Of a stretch of 64,000 nt of DNA, positions 40,579-53,101 are shown in pieces. The stretch is from an uncultured cyanobacterium (GTDB taxonomy: Bacteria > Cyanobacteriota > Cyanobacteriia > Cyanobacteriales > CAWCAG01). A program made the translations under genes and the position numbers. The notes under the pieces were generated by a model. It saw only the letters and a program-made list of their open reading frames with translations, ran no database searches and had not been told where the DNA came from. How positions within the stretch are numbered: the first letter of the stretch is position 1; every line of letters begins with the position of its first letter. The stretch is from contig CAWCAG010000005.1 of the NCBI GenBank assembly GCA_963793425.1, forward strand, positions 1,920,001 through 1,984,000. Direction: 5' to 3'.

Positions 40579-40937
40579 TGAAAGTTGAATGTTTAGGTAC
40601 GGGGAGGCGTTATCGAGAAAATAGTCTTTTTCACAAAAAAGTGATTATGTCAAGTGGTAGTTAAATTATGAAGAAAAAAGAAGTATTTGTAAGGCCTATT
40701 GTATTATGACAATAGTTTTTCTCTTAGTTTGAGATTACGTTCTTTTTACTCTAACAATCTTTAATTAGCTAGCAAAAAGCCAAAATAACAGCTTTTAATA
40801 ACTTGCTCTTAACTATACTACAGAGAGAAGCCTCTAAAATACGTTCTCAAATCATCCTTAACATAAGTTGACAATACCTCCAAAAACTTCCTTTGTTCAA
40901 ATATCTTTAAGCCAGACAGAAAAAAGAAAAGTTTTGT

Positions 40938-41816
40938 TTATATGTAACTGGCAATTAGTAACCACACCTTCTCTAATAAATCCTGACAACCAGCCTCAAA
41001 CCAGTTAATTTCGGGATACTTCCGAAACCAAGTTTTTTGCCGCTTGGCGAATTGGCGAGTGTGTAAGACAATTAAATCCTCTGCTTCTGGGAGAGATAAT
41101 TTCCCCGCGAGAAATTGTTTAATTTCGCTATATCCCAAGGTGTTTAACGAAGGTAAATCCCAACCATATTTCTCTATTAAATTTTCTACTTCAGTTACTA
41201 AACCTGCTTCAAGCATTTGGCTTGTGCGATCGCGAATGCGTTGGTGCAACACTTCTTTGTCACAATCCAAGCCAATTTGTAAAACAGGATAGGTAGGAGG
41301 ATTTTCTCCCTGTTGCTTAGAGATAGGAACTCCGGTCACATAAAAAACTTCTAAGGCTCTTAGGGTTCTAACTAAATCATTGCCATGGATTTTGTTTGCT
41401 GCAAGGGGATCTACTTGCCACAGAAAACTATAGAGTTGAGTTTGTCCTAAAGCTTCGAGTTGTAATCGCAGTTGAGGTTGAGGTGCAACTCTTGGTACAA
41501 TTAGTCCCCGTACTATGGCTTTAATATATAATCCTGTTCCTCCTACCAGGAGAGGAGAAGAAAAATCAGCAATTAAAGCTTGAGCTTTTTGCTGGTATTC
41601 AGCTAGGGTTAAGGTTTCTGTAGGCTCACAAATATCAAGTAAATAATGTGGTACATTAGTTCTATCAGGTTGAGAAGGCTTAGCCGTACCGATATCCAAC
41701 TCTCGATAAACTTGGCGAGAGTCAGCACTAATAATAACTGAGTCAAGTCTCTGAGCCAATTCAACGCCTAACCTCGACTTTCCTGTCGCCGTAGCACCAC
41801 AAATAACAATCAGCAT
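40938..41816 (-). CDS. miaA: tRNA dimethylallyltransferase
   Basis: GATATGKS, SADSRQVY...DIGTAK, VGGTGLY and TRQFAKRQKTW; start at ATG 41816. Confidence 0.96.
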   Translation of the reverse strand: MLIVICGATATGKSRLGVELAQRLDSVIISADSRQVYRELDIGTAKPSQPDRTNVPHYLLDICEPTETLTLAEYQQKAQALIADFSSPLLVGGTGLYIKAIVRGLIVPRVAPQPQLRLQLEALGQTQLYSFLWQVDPLAANKIHGNDLVRTLRALEVFYVTGVPISKQQGENPPTYPVLQIGLDCDKEVLHQRIRDRTSQMLEAGLVTEVENLIEKYGWDLPSLNTLGYSEIKQFLAGKLSLPEAEDLIVLHTRQFAKRQKTWFRKYPEINWFEAGCQDLLEKVWLLIASYI

Positions 41817-41980
41817 CAATCCTCTCCTATTGAAAGAGCGACTATAGCAAATGTGGCAAGGAAATGCGCCAACCCTACTATCTGCTCCCTGCTCCCTAAA
41901 AAAGGGATAGACTCCCTTCAATAATCTATCTTGAGATGGGTCTAGAGCAGTCTTCAACCCTTTTGTGTTAGAATTTTTGA

Positions 41981-43966
<1,986 letters not shown>

Positions 43967-44131
43967 ATCATTCAAGTTTAAACATTGAACATTAAACATT
44001 GTAAGGCTTGCGTTTGCCGTTAATTTTTATTAGACCTGTCCAGATATCAAGCTGAAGCCCACAGAAAACCAGGACTAAATTTTAATTAAAGGACAGGTCT
44101 ATTAGCAATCAGCAATTAGCAACTAGCAATT

Positions 44132-46051
44132 ATGCAACTTCAAATTCAGGGTGCGATCACCGCTAGTCATAATTATTTGCTTTCTCTCCAAGATTCCCAA
44201 GGTTATTGGTGGGCGGAGTTAGAGTCTAATGTGACTATAACTGCTGAGGTGGTTTTACTTCATAAAATTTGGGGAACAGATACCACTAGACCTTTACATA
44301 AAGCAAAGCAATATCTTCTTTCTCAACAAAGGGAACATGGCGGCTGGGAACTATTTTACGGCGATGGGGGAGATTTGAGTACCTCCGTAGAAGCTTATAT
44401 GGCTTTGCGGTTGTTGGGGGTGGCAGCAAATGAGCCTGATTTAATTAGGGGGCGAAAATTTATTGTTCAACAAGGGGGAATTAGTAAAACTCGTATCTTT
44501 ACTAAATTCCATTTGGCTTTAATTGGTTGCTATGACTGGCGGGGCATCCCTTCTATTCCTCCTTGGATTATGTTTTTGGGTGAGCCTTTTCCTTTTAGCA
44601 TTTATGAAATGTCGAGTTGGGCAAGGGAAAGTACGGTTCCTTTGTTGCTTGTTTTTGATCGCAAGCCTGTATTTAAAGTTAATCCAGGAATTAATTTAGA
44701 TGAATTATACTCCGAAGGGATTAACAATGTTCGCTATGAGTTACTTAGCAGTGGCGATTGGACAGATATTTTTGTTCAATTGGATAACTTGTTTAAATTA
44801 GGAGAACATCTCAATCTGGTTCCTTGGCGGCAGGAAGGGTTAGATGCAGCAGAGAAGTGGGTATTGGAAAGGCAAGAAGCTACAGGGGATTGGGGAGGGA
44901 TTATCCCCGCCATGTTGAATTCTTTGTTAGCACTGTGTTCCCTAAATTATCAGGTGACAGACCCCTTTGTACAGAGGGGTTTGCAAGCTATTGATAACTT
45001 TGCTATTGAAACAGAAACTAGCTATCGGGTACAAGCCTGTGTTTCTCCGGTTTGGGATACGGCATTAACCCTGCGTGCCTTAACAGATTCAGGACTCGCT
45101 TTAGATCATCCCGCCTTAATTAAGGGAGGAGAATGGCTTTTGCAGCAACAAATTCTTGATTATGGTGACTGGGCAGTTAAGAATAAGCGAGGTAAACCGG
45201 GGGCTTGGGCTTTTGAATTTACTAACCGCTTTTATCCTGATGTTGATGATTCGGCGGTTGTGGTGATGGCACTAGAAAGTATTAAATTACCAAACGAAGA
45301 GTTAAAACAGGCTGCGATCGCCCGTACCCTTAATTGGATAGCCTCAATGCAATGTCAAGCTGGAGGCTGGGCAGCTTTTGATCTCAACAACAATCAAAAT
45401 TGGCTCAATTACTTACCCTATGCTGATCTTAAGGCCATGATCGACCCCAACACTGCCGATGTTACAGGGCGGGTATTAGAAATGGTGGGTAGATTAGCTA
45501 AGAGTGGGGAAACCCAAAATAGTGACTTAACCCCAGAAAAAATTGACAGGGCGATCGCCTATTTAATTAAGGAACAAGAAGCTGATGGTAGTTGGTTTGG
45601 GCGGTGGGGAGTAAATTACATCTACGGTACTAGCGGTGTGTTGTCTGCCCTGGCGCTTCTTGCCCCCCAAAGCCATGGTAATGTGATTGAACGAGGTGTT
45701 ACTTGGTTAGCCAGTTGTCAAAACCCTGATGGGGGCTGGGGAGAAACCTGTCGTAGTTATGATCATCCCCATCTCAAGGGGCAAGGTGTCAGCACTCCCT
45801 CTCAAACAGCTTGGGCATTGATTGGTTTAATGGCTGCTGGGGAAGCAACGGATAACTGGCACGAAGAAGGCATTACAGCAGGCATTGATTATTTAATTAC
45901 CAGTCAACAAGTAGATGGGAGTTGGCAAGAAGCCGAATTTACAGGTACAGGCTTTCCTAGCCATTTCTACATTAAGTATCACTTTTATTGCCAAAACTTT
46001 CCCTTAACAGCTTTAGGGAAATATCAGCAATATATACCAAATCCTGTTTAA
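44132..46051 (+). CDS. shc: Squalene-hopene cyclase
   Basis: DVDDSA (DxDD), QW-type repeats and GRWGVNYIYGT. Confidence 0.96.
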   Translation: MQLQIQGAITASHNYLLSLQDSQGYWWAELESNVTITAEVVLLHKIWGTDTTRPLHKAKQYLLSQQREHGGWELFYGDGGDLSTSVEAYMALRLLGVAANEPDLIRGRKFIVQQGGISKTRIFTKFHLALIGCYDWRGIPSIPPWIMFLGEPFPFSIYEMSSWARESTVPLLLVFDRKPVFKVNPGINLDELYSEGINNVRYELLSSGDWTDIFVQLDNLFKLGEHLNLVPWRQEGLDAAEKWVLERQEATGDWGGIIPAMLNSLLALCSLNYQVTDPFVQRGLQAIDNFAIETETSYRVQACVSPVWDTALTLRALTDSGLALDHPALIKGGEWLLQQQILDYGDWAVKNKRGKPGAWAFEFTNRFYPDVDDSAVVVMALESIKLPNEELKQAAIARTLNWIASMQCQAGGWAAFDLNNNQNWLNYLPYADLKAMIDPNTADVTGRVLEMVGRLAKSGETQNSDLTPEKIDRAIAYLIKEQEADGSWFGRWGVNYIYGTSGVLSALALLAPQSHGNVIERGVTWLASCQNPDGGWGETCRSYDHPHLKGQGVSTPSQTAWALIGLMAAGEATDNWHEEGITAGIDYLITSQQVDGSWQEAEFTGTGFPSHFYIKYHFYCQNFPLTALGKYQQYIPNPV

Positions 46052-46163
46052 ATAGCATAAGTTATCGGTGAGGGTAGGGAGTAGGGAGAAGGGAGCAGGC
46101 AGTAGGGTTTGAAAACTTTTTTTAGTGAATTTTGTATTTGGTTTTTAATAACCGGATTTGGCA
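46035..46163. mobile_element. MITE-like element (copy 2), supplies the shc stop codon
   Basis: TACCAAATCCTG...CCGGATTTGGCA ends; homologous to 2516-2637 in inverted orientation. Confidence 0.7.
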
Positions 46164-46203
46164 ATACTAGACATCTCCTAAAATAGTCAAAGCGTTGCTG
46201 TAG

Positions 46204-47667
46204 CTATCTTTCTAAATCTCTTTTGGGAGTCACTAAATACAAATCTATCTCCTCGAAATTTTGTTTTTGTTCTACCTGAAACTCTTCTTCAATAACTTCT
46301 TGAACGAGCTGATGTTGTTTTTCTCCTGTGTCAGTAATATGTTTATAAATAATCCAAAGACGAGAAGAAACAGGTGGTAACTTTTCTATAGCCTCCCTAA
46401 TAACTGATTTAGGTAGGGGGCGAGGTTGAGGAGGGCCGGGTTTCCAAACAGAATTAATAGGGGCAGAGCCATCATAATAGTAACCAAAAAGCCTGCCAAA
46501 AACATCTGCGGAGATAGCAATTTCATCACCAGGTTGTTCTTCTGTTTCAATCTTCTCTGCTACACCACGCCAATCAATGCGATCCTGCACGGTGTAGTAG
46601 GTAGTCAGCCCTCCTATGACTGCAATGCTGTAAATCAAGGAGGCGAAAACGGCGATCGCCTTCTGGCTATTCCAGAGTTGTACCAAGCCCACTGCCAGCA
46701 ATAAAAGCAGATAGGGAAGGGCAAACATTAAATGGCGAGGTTGCCAAAGTTTGCTAGATAGAGGAGTTGCTAGGAAGAAAATTATGATCGGTAAGATGCC
46801 CCACATCGCAACCCAATACAGCTTAGGTAAATCCCTGATTTTTAGCAGTGCAAATGCTATTAAAACCAGCAGAAGCAGAGCAAAGCCTTTGTAAAATAAC
46901 TCAATAGTGTTAGAGGGAAAAGGAATTTTATCAAGATAAACGGTATAACCAACCAAACTTCCTAAAAACTCATTAAAGTTAGGAAAGTTACCCAATCCTT
47001 GCTCTGGCCCCCTTTCCCCTGGCTTGCGACTTAGCACGTAAAGCAAAGGCAATAAGGAAACCACAATAAAAGTTAAACGGATGCCAAACTTAAAGATAAC
47101 CTTGGGTTGCTGTCGAAAGCGCCAGCCAATTAGTAAGGTATCAGGAAGCAGTAAAGGGGCAGTGAGGGGAGTATTGTAGAGCATTAAAACCCGCCCCAAA
47201 GTCCAGAGATTTGTAGATAAAGTAGTGGGGGTTTCTAGGGCTGAAGCTAGGGCGAAAGTACCCCCCAGGCTGAGTAAAGCACTTAAGCCATACATCCGTA
47301 CTTCTTGGAAGTGGAAAATAAATAAAGGAGACAAAGCTAGCAACAAGGCAGCTACTGAACCGGTTAATTTACTAAAAAGCTTGTTTCCCAAAAGATAAAT
47401 TGTGGAAACGCTAGCCAAGCCGAATAAAACCGATAATCCCCTTAACCAAACTTCGCTCTCACCAAAAAACATCCACAAGCGCAGAATAGGGTAATAGAGA
47501 GGGCGTTCCTTTTTAACAATTCTCGGTAAAGCTTCTGCATCAAGGATACTAATAATTTCATCACTCCAAAGGCTTTCAGCCCCAAGCTGGTAGAGATAGA
47601 GTCCTCCTGCCAGTAATAGTATTAAACTAAGGGGAAACCATTGACGTAAGAAAGCTTGTCTATTCAT
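46204..47667 (-). CDS. GT-C fold glycosyltransferase (PMT/GT39-like)
   Basis: SLWSDE, PLYY and QEVRMYG; many TM helices. Confidence 0.85.
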   Translation of the reverse strand: MNRQAFLRQWFPLSLILLLAGGLYLYQLGAESLWSDEIISILDAEALPRIVKKERPLYYPILRLWMFFGESEVWLRGLSVLFGLASVSTIYLLGNKLFSKLTGSVAALLLALSPLFIFHFQEVRMYGLSALLSLGGTFALASALETPTTLSTNLWTLGRVLMLYNTPLTAPLLLPDTLLIGWRFRQQPKVIFKFGIRLTFIVVSLLPLLYVLSRKPGERGPEQGLGNFPNFNEFLGSLVGYTVYLDKIPFPSNTIELFYKGFALLLLVLIAFALLKIRDLPKLYWVAMWGILPIIIFFLATPLSSKLWQPRHLMFALPYLLLLLAVGLVQLWNSQKAIAVFASLIYSIAVIGGLTTYYTVQDRIDWRGVAEKIETEEQPGDEIAISADVFGRLFGYYYDGSAPINSVWKPGPPQPRPLPKSVIREAIEKLPPVSSRLWIIYKHITDTGEKQHQLVQEVIEEEFQVEQKQNFEEIDLYLVTPKRDLER

Positions 47668-47792
47668 AATATTTGAGCCTAGTAAATGAACCCGAACTAA
47701 TAAAAAATCAACAAGACATCTTTAATTTAAGGATAATATTGAATCACAAGTTTACTAACCACCAACAAGCAATGATTAGTAATCATTGATCA

Positions 47793-50513
47793 ATGACCAA
47801 GATTAAAACAATTTTTAATTGGTTTCAATCACGACTTCTAAATCGTTCCTTAGATAGTCGTTACGCCCTAGCCGAAGCTTGCCTCATCGGTTTAGTCTCT
47901 GCTCTTTCGGCTTTATTACTTAAACAGGGTATCGGTTGGTTAGGATTGTATCGACTCCAAGCAGCAGAAAGGTTTGGGGCTATTTGGGTTTTACCTACCG
48001 TCGGTTTAGTATTTGGATGCTTAGCAGGTTTAGTTATCGAAAAATTATCCCCAGCCGCCGCAGGAGGGGGCATTCCTCAAGTTAAGGCTGTGTTGGCACA
48101 GTTTTCTATCCCTTTATCTCTGCGGGTAGCCTTAGTTAAATTAGTTGGCACTATCCTCATTTTGGGGGCGGGGTTAACCTTGGGTAGACGTGGCCCCACA
48201 GTACATATTGGCGCAGCTTTAGCAGCACAATTAAGCAGTTGGGTTCCCAATTCCCCAGAACATCGCCGCCAACTTATTGCGGCGGGGGCAGCGGCAGGTT
48301 TGGCAGCAGGTTTTAATACTCCTTTGGCTGGCATTCTTTTTGTGATAGAAGAGTTGATGCGAGATATTTCTAGCTTAACTTTGGAAACAGCCATCCTTGC
48401 TTCTTTTACTGGGGCGGTAGTTTCTCGGTGGTTGGGTTCAGGAGAACTTAATATACCGAAAACTATTCTTGATGAATCAATACCAAATACCATGACTCCT
48501 TCGGAAATTCCCTTTTATTTGGTGTTAGGGATTTTAGCTGGGGTTTTGGGAGCATTGTTTAATCGTGGTATTCTCTTTAGCTTAAATTGCAACCGCCGCC
48601 TCAGTTTGTCGATGCCCCTGAGAATTGGCTTAGCTGGGCTTATTTCTGGTATTATTATTGCCTTGCTACCTCCTTTTTTCCAAAACAACGCTGGATTAAG
48701 GGAATTTTTAGTTACTAGCGAGACAGGAGATTGGCAAACCACTGCTGAAGTTTTTGTTGCTCAATTTTTCCTTACCCTCATTGCTTATGGCTCCGGTGCG
48801 CCAGGGGGAATATTTGCACCTGCTTTAGTTTTAGGAGCCGCTTTAGGCTATCTATGCGGTAACGTTGAGATGGCTGTTTTAGGCATTGGTTATCCTCAAA
48901 CCTACGCCCTGGTGGGAATGGGCGCTTTTTTCGCTGCTGTCGCCAGGGTTCCTGTTACAGCTATTGTGATTGTTTTTGAAATTACTGCTGATTTCCGTCT
49001 CGTATTGCCTTTAATGGTTTGTTCTATTGTGGCTTATTTAGTGGGGGAAACTGTATTTAAAGGTTCTCTCTATCAACATCTTTTGGAACATAACGGCATT
49101 GAACTTCAAGATGAAACCATTAGTAATTCCTTATTCAAGAGGTTAATCGCTTCTGAGGTGATGCAGCGACGGGTAGAAACTTTAGCCGTTGATACTTCCC
49201 TGGAAGAAACAATTCAAGCTTTTTCTCGCTCCTCCTATCAAGGTTTTCCTGTCCTTGAAGATAACAAGTTGGTAGGGATCGTTACCCAAACCGATTTATC
49301 TAAACTCTCAAAACGCAAAGAATATCTGTCTTTGAGGGAATTTATGACTCCCAAACCAATTACTGTAAGCGCGAATACTCCCCTCTGCGATGTTCTTTAC
49401 TTGTTAGATCGCTACAAACTCTCCCATTTACCTGTTACCGAAGGGAGCAAGCTAATTGGTATCATCACCCGTGGCGATATTATCCGCGTTGAAGCAGAAA
49501 GTTTGCAAGGAAGCAAGAGTTTTGCTGGTAATAAGACAGTAGATACTAAACCAGATCCTTCCTATTTAATTTACCAAACTCGCTCTCCTGCGGTGGGTAG
49601 AGGGCGTATTCTTTTGCCTTTGTCCAATCCTCATACTGCTTCGGCACTAATAGAAATGGCAGCCGCGATCGCCTCTAAACGCAAGTATGAGTTACAATGC
49701 TTGGCGGTTATTTGCGTTCCTCAGCACAATTTTCCGGCTCAAACTAAAGTTGATACCAAGGCTTCTCATCAATTACTTGCAGAGGCAGAAGAGATTGCTG
49801 CGGAGTGGCAAATCCCCATACACAAGCAAATTAGGGTGGCTCATAATATTCCTTTAGCCATTGCCGAAACTATTAATGAGCGACAAATTGATTTAGTTAT
49901 AATGGGTTGGAAAGGTTACAATTCCACTCCTGGAAGTATTCTTAGTACTATAGCAGATCGTCTTGTGCAGTTGGCTCCCTGCGATTTGCTTTTGATCAAA
50001 TTGGGTCAAGATTTAAAAGTCCGTAATCGACAATTTCCTCCTCGTTTGAAAAGAACTCCTATTCGCAATACCCCAGCTTTACTTAGTGATTCTGGTTCCC
50101 CAGGATTAAGCCATATCTATTCCTCTCGCTGGTTAGTTTTGGTGGCTGGTGGTCGCAATTCACGAAAGGCAATTCGCTTCTTAGAGAATCTCACAGCGGG
50201 CATTCCAGCCGCTCAAATCTGGCTTTGCCAAGTTTATCATCCCCACGAAACCGAACCAGATTTGTCAAGTTTGCAACGCGCTGCTCATTCTCTTAATAAT
50301 CATCTTGATGCTCAAGTTATGGCTATTTGTATTTGTGCTTCTTCTATTGTGGAAGGAGTGATTGATTGGGTACAAGATAATCAGTGTGATGTGATTGTCT
50401 TGGGGGCAACTCAAAAGGGAATATTACAACAAAATGTTCGTGGCAGCATACCAGAAAGGATTGCTAAAGGTGTAGGGGCAACGGTAATTTTAGTACGGGA
50501 AGGTTTGGATTGA
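47793..50513 (+). CDS. ClC family anion channel/transporter with CBS pair and two USP-like domains
   Basis: GGGIP, GRRGP, GAAAGLAAGFNTP and GGIFAP; CBS; USP domains. Confidence 0.92.
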   Translation: MTKIKTIFNWFQSRLLNRSLDSRYALAEACLIGLVSALSALLLKQGIGWLGLYRLQAAERFGAIWVLPTVGLVFGCLAGLVIEKLSPAAAGGGIPQVKAVLAQFSIPLSLRVALVKLVGTILILGAGLTLGRRGPTVHIGAALAAQLSSWVPNSPEHRRQLIAAGAAAGLAAGFNTPLAGILFVIEELMRDISSLTLETAILASFTGAVVSRWLGSGELNIPKTILDESIPNTMTPSEIPFYLVLGILAGVLGALFNRGILFSLNCNRRLSLSMPLRIGLAGLISGIIIALLPPFFQNNAGLREFLVTSETGDWQTTAEVFVAQFFLTLIAYGSGAPGGIFAPALVLGAALGYLCGNVEMAVLGIGYPQTYALVGMGAFFAAVARVPVTAIVIVFEITADFRLVLPLMVCSIVAYLVGETVFKGSLYQHLLEHNGIELQDETISNSLFKRLIASEVMQRRVETLAVDTSLEETIQAFSRSSYQGFPVLEDNKLVGIVTQTDLSKLSKRKEYLSLREFMTPKPITVSANTPLCDVLYLLDRYKLSHLPVTEGSKLIGIITRGDIIRVEAESLQGSKSFAGNKTVDTKPDPSYLIYQTRSPAVGRGRILLPLSNPHTASALIEMAAAIASKRKYELQCLAVICVPQHNFPAQTKVDTKASHQLLAEAEEIAAEWQIPIHKQIRVAHNIPLAIAETINERQIDLVIMGWKGYNSTPGSILSTIADRLVQLAPCDLLLIKLGQDLKVRNRQFPPRLKRTPIRNTPALLSDSGSPGLSHIYSSRWLVLVAGGRNSRKAIRFLENLTAGIPAAQIWLCQVYHPHETEPDLSSLQRAAHSLNNHLDAQVMAICICASSIVEGVIDWVQDNQCDVIVLGATQKGILQQNVRGSIPERIAKGVGATVILVREGLD

Positions 50514-50533
50514 TTAGTGCTGTTATAATCTAC

Positions 50534-50845
50534 CTATGTCAATTTGTGAATTTGCGACTCCTGCCAATGCTGCATTTCTTCATTAATAAAGTAATTAACT
50601 AAATCCTGATAAACTTTTTCAATCACATCAGCATTTAACCCTTCTTTCTCTGCCCAAATTCGACGTTGTTTCAACATCTTTTGAAAGCGTTCAGGCGCTC
50701 TAACATTTGTTTCACTTGTCTTAAACTTAGAAGCCGCTTTAACGTAAGCGAAACGTTGTCCAAGTAGTGAAATAACTTGGCTATCTAAGGCATCTATTTC
50801 AGACCGAATGTCTGCCATATTTTCGCATTGATCTGGTGTTTTCAT
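50534..50845 (-). CDS. pchB: Isochorismate pyruvate lyase/chorismate mutase (PchB-like)
   Basis: MKTPDQC..MADIRSEIDALD...KAASKFK...RAPER. Confidence 0.8.
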   Translation of the reverse strand: MKTPDQCENMADIRSEIDALDSQVISLLGQRFAYVKAASKFKTSETNVRAPERFQKMLKQRRIWAEKEGLNADVIEKVYQDLVNYFINEEMQHWQESQIHKLT

Positions 50846-50933
50846 TGGCTTACAATGTACCGTAGTGTAACGTCTCAATTGTTCTGCAAGTATTAGACAA
50901 TTAGTATAAGTTCACGATTAATAAATCAGATAT

Positions 50934-51248
50934 TTAATAATGAACTGCTAACCATATTGTCTCAATATTAGGGTCAGTCCACTCTACTTTATGTTTTTTA
51001 TATGCTTCTATATTAATATAATCACCTTCTTGCAGATTAACTGATGATTCATTTGCAAATGATAGAATTGCTTGACCTTTCAAGACTATAACCCATTCAT
51101 TTTGTTTTTGTTCATACCAACCAGATTCTGGTGATGTATGTCCTTTCGAGACAATGCGTTCTATTCTCACATTATCACTTTCAACTAGTTTTTCAAATAC
51201 CTCATGTTCTAAGTTTGTGGGAATTTTATCAAATAGATTATTTGCCAT
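50934..51248 (-). CDS. Cupin domain protein
   Basis: RIERIVSKGHTSP, EWVIVLKG and HKVEWT. Confidence 0.88.
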   Translation of the reverse strand: MANNLFDKIPTNLEHEVFEKLVESDNVRIERIVSKGHTSPESGWYEQKQNEWVIVLKGQAILSFANESSVNLQEGDYINIEAYKKHKVEWTDPNIETIWLAVHY

Positions 51249-51274
51249 AATTTCATCTTGTAGTAAATCCGACT

Positions 51275-51508
51275 TTAGTCTTCTTTATTAGAGCGATGTT
51301 TTGCAATCAAGACTCGCATCTCATTCCGGACTTCTCGCCACAAGTCAGAATTAGCCTGAAGCTGTTCTTGAAAATCATTTCCTTGAAGATAAGCGTTACC
51401 TTTATTATCAAATGCAACTTTTAAATCATCTACTTTCACAAACGGTTCAAGTTCTTGAGTTAAGTTAGAAAATGTATTGAATATTTGACTGACGTTTCGA
51501 GTACTCAT
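51275..51508 (-). CDS. Hypothetical protein
   Basis: 77-aa ORF co-oriented within a run of small genes. Confidence 0.5.
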   Translation of the reverse strand: MSTRNVSQIFNTFSNLTQELEPFVKVDDLKVAFDNKGNAYLQGNDFQEQLQANSDLWREVRNEMRVLIAKHRSNKED

Positions 51509-51572
51509 AGAATTTATAATAAATATGCCAACTTTTACCAACAATAAATATAAAGAGTTTCATATTCAACTC

Positions 51573-52133
51573 TCAATAAGACTTCGTTTCATTGGGCCTG
51601 CTGGTAAGCTCTGAAAACAAAATAAAAATGCTCCAAATTATTGCACCTTCCCAAAAGATAAGATAAATTCCTAAAGGTAGCAATTTCCAACTCCAAAACC
51701 AATTAATCTCATGTTTAATTATCAACGAAGCTTCATTAGAGTCAAGAAAGGAGTTGATTTGAGCAACAAACTCTTGCATTTTTGCGGCGTTTCCTTTGAA
51801 AATATTTACTTCTCCTTCTGAGGTTACTAAAGTCACAAAGTTACGTACTACTTTATTTCCATTAGGAGTGTGACTTGTCAAAGACTTGAATTTAGCTTCA
51901 GAAACTCTTTCTAATGAAGTAGAAGGTAGTTTGATCAAACTAAAAAACCTTAACTTACGATTGTTACAGCTAACTTGGCTAGACTCTATGCGTTGACAAG
52001 AAAGAGTTGTTACTCCAAGCTCATAAAAGATAAATAACAGTGGTAATATTGCGAAGATAGCTAGGAGTAGAGCATAAGCAGAAATAATTAGTTTGTCTTT
52101 GAAGGTTAGCTGTAAAGATGTTTTGTTAGGCAT
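51573..52133 (-). CDS. Hypothetical membrane protein
   Basis: Two TM helices flanking a TTLSCQR...C domain. Confidence 0.7.
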   Translation of the reverse strand: MPNKTSLQLTFKDKLIISAYALLLAIFAILPLLFIFYELGVTTLSCQRIESSQVSCNNRKLRFFSLIKLPSTSLERVSEAKFKSLTSHTPNGNKVVRNFVTLVTSEGEVNIFKGNAAKMQEFVAQINSFLDSNEASLIIKHEINWFWSWKLLPLGIYLIFWEGAIIWSIFILFSELTSRPNETKSY

Positions 52134-52171
52134 CAATAACTCCCTCAATAATCTGACATAATCAAAAAATC

Positions 52172-53053
52172 TTAACGAATTTGTCCATAAACATCCTTAT
52201 CCTTACTCAAGCGCAAACTAATAATTGAAAGAGAAAAAATAATTACGAAAAGCACTAAACCTATGGTACAAGCATAACTAATATCGAAATCGCGGAAGGA
52301 AGCTTCGTAGATATAATAAACAACGGTTTTAGAACTATTTAAAGGACCACCTTTCGTCATCACATAAATTTCTTCAAACACTTTTGTGGCCGAAATTGCC
52401 GAAATAACCGCCACCAAAATTAAATAGGGACGCATTAAAGGTAAGGTAATATCCCAATGTTTCTGTAACCCATCAGAACCATCAATAGCTGCTGCTTCAT
52501 ATAATTCTCCATCAATAGATTGCAACCCAGCTAAGTAAATAACCATGTAATAACCTAAACCTTTCCAGATAGTTACTACCATCACACTCCACATAGCTAA
52601 AGCAGGATTGGTTAACCAAGGAATACCATTTGTAAAACCCAATTGTTGTAATAACTGATTAAAAATACCATTAGAATCATAAAGGGCCCGCCAAGCAATT
52701 CCCGCCACCACCATAGAAATAACCACCGGGGTATAAAAGGAAGCGCGAAACCAACTGATTCCTCTCAGTTTTTGATTAACCAAAATAGCTAAACCAAGGG
52801 GGGCAATCACTAAAAAAGGAACGACACCAATAATATAAATTAAAGTGTTTTTCATGGTTTGCCAAAACACTTCATCTGCCCATAATTTGCTTAAGTTTTC
52901 CCAACCTTCAAATTGCGGCTGTTCAGTTAAATATAGTTCGTAGTTAGTGAAACTTAAATAAAAGGCTTGTATCGCCGGCCAAAATACCGTCAAACCTAAA
53001 AGAACTAAAGCAGGTAATAAAAACAAATAAGCAGTTAAATTCTTTTTTCTCAT
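52172..53053 (-). CDS. Carbohydrate ABC transporter permease
   Basis: ELYEAAAIDG EAA loop and MTKGGP. Confidence 0.93.
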   Translation of the reverse strand: MRKKNLTAYLFLLPALVLLGLTVFWPAIQAFYLSFTNYELYLTEQPQFEGWENLSKLWADEVFWQTMKNTLIYIIGVVPFLVIAPLGLAILVNQKLRGISWFRASFYTPVVISMVVAGIAWRALYDSNGIFNQLLQQLGFTNGIPWLTNPALAMWSVMVVTIWKGLGYYMVIYLAGLQSIDGELYEAAAIDGSDGLQKHWDITLPLMRPYLILVAVISAISATKVFEEIYVMTKGGPLNSSKTVVYYIYEASFRDFDISYACTIGLVLFVIIFSLSIISLRLSKDKDVYGQIR

Positions 53054-53101
53054 TTATAATTTATAATTTGTCACTAACAATTTCACTGAGGAAAGCAATT
53101 T

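Noticed and set aside
50860..50930. Possible integron attC site between cupin and pchB
   Set aside because: GTCTAAT...GTTACAC fits the core consensus poorly, there is no convincing stem, and no integrase.
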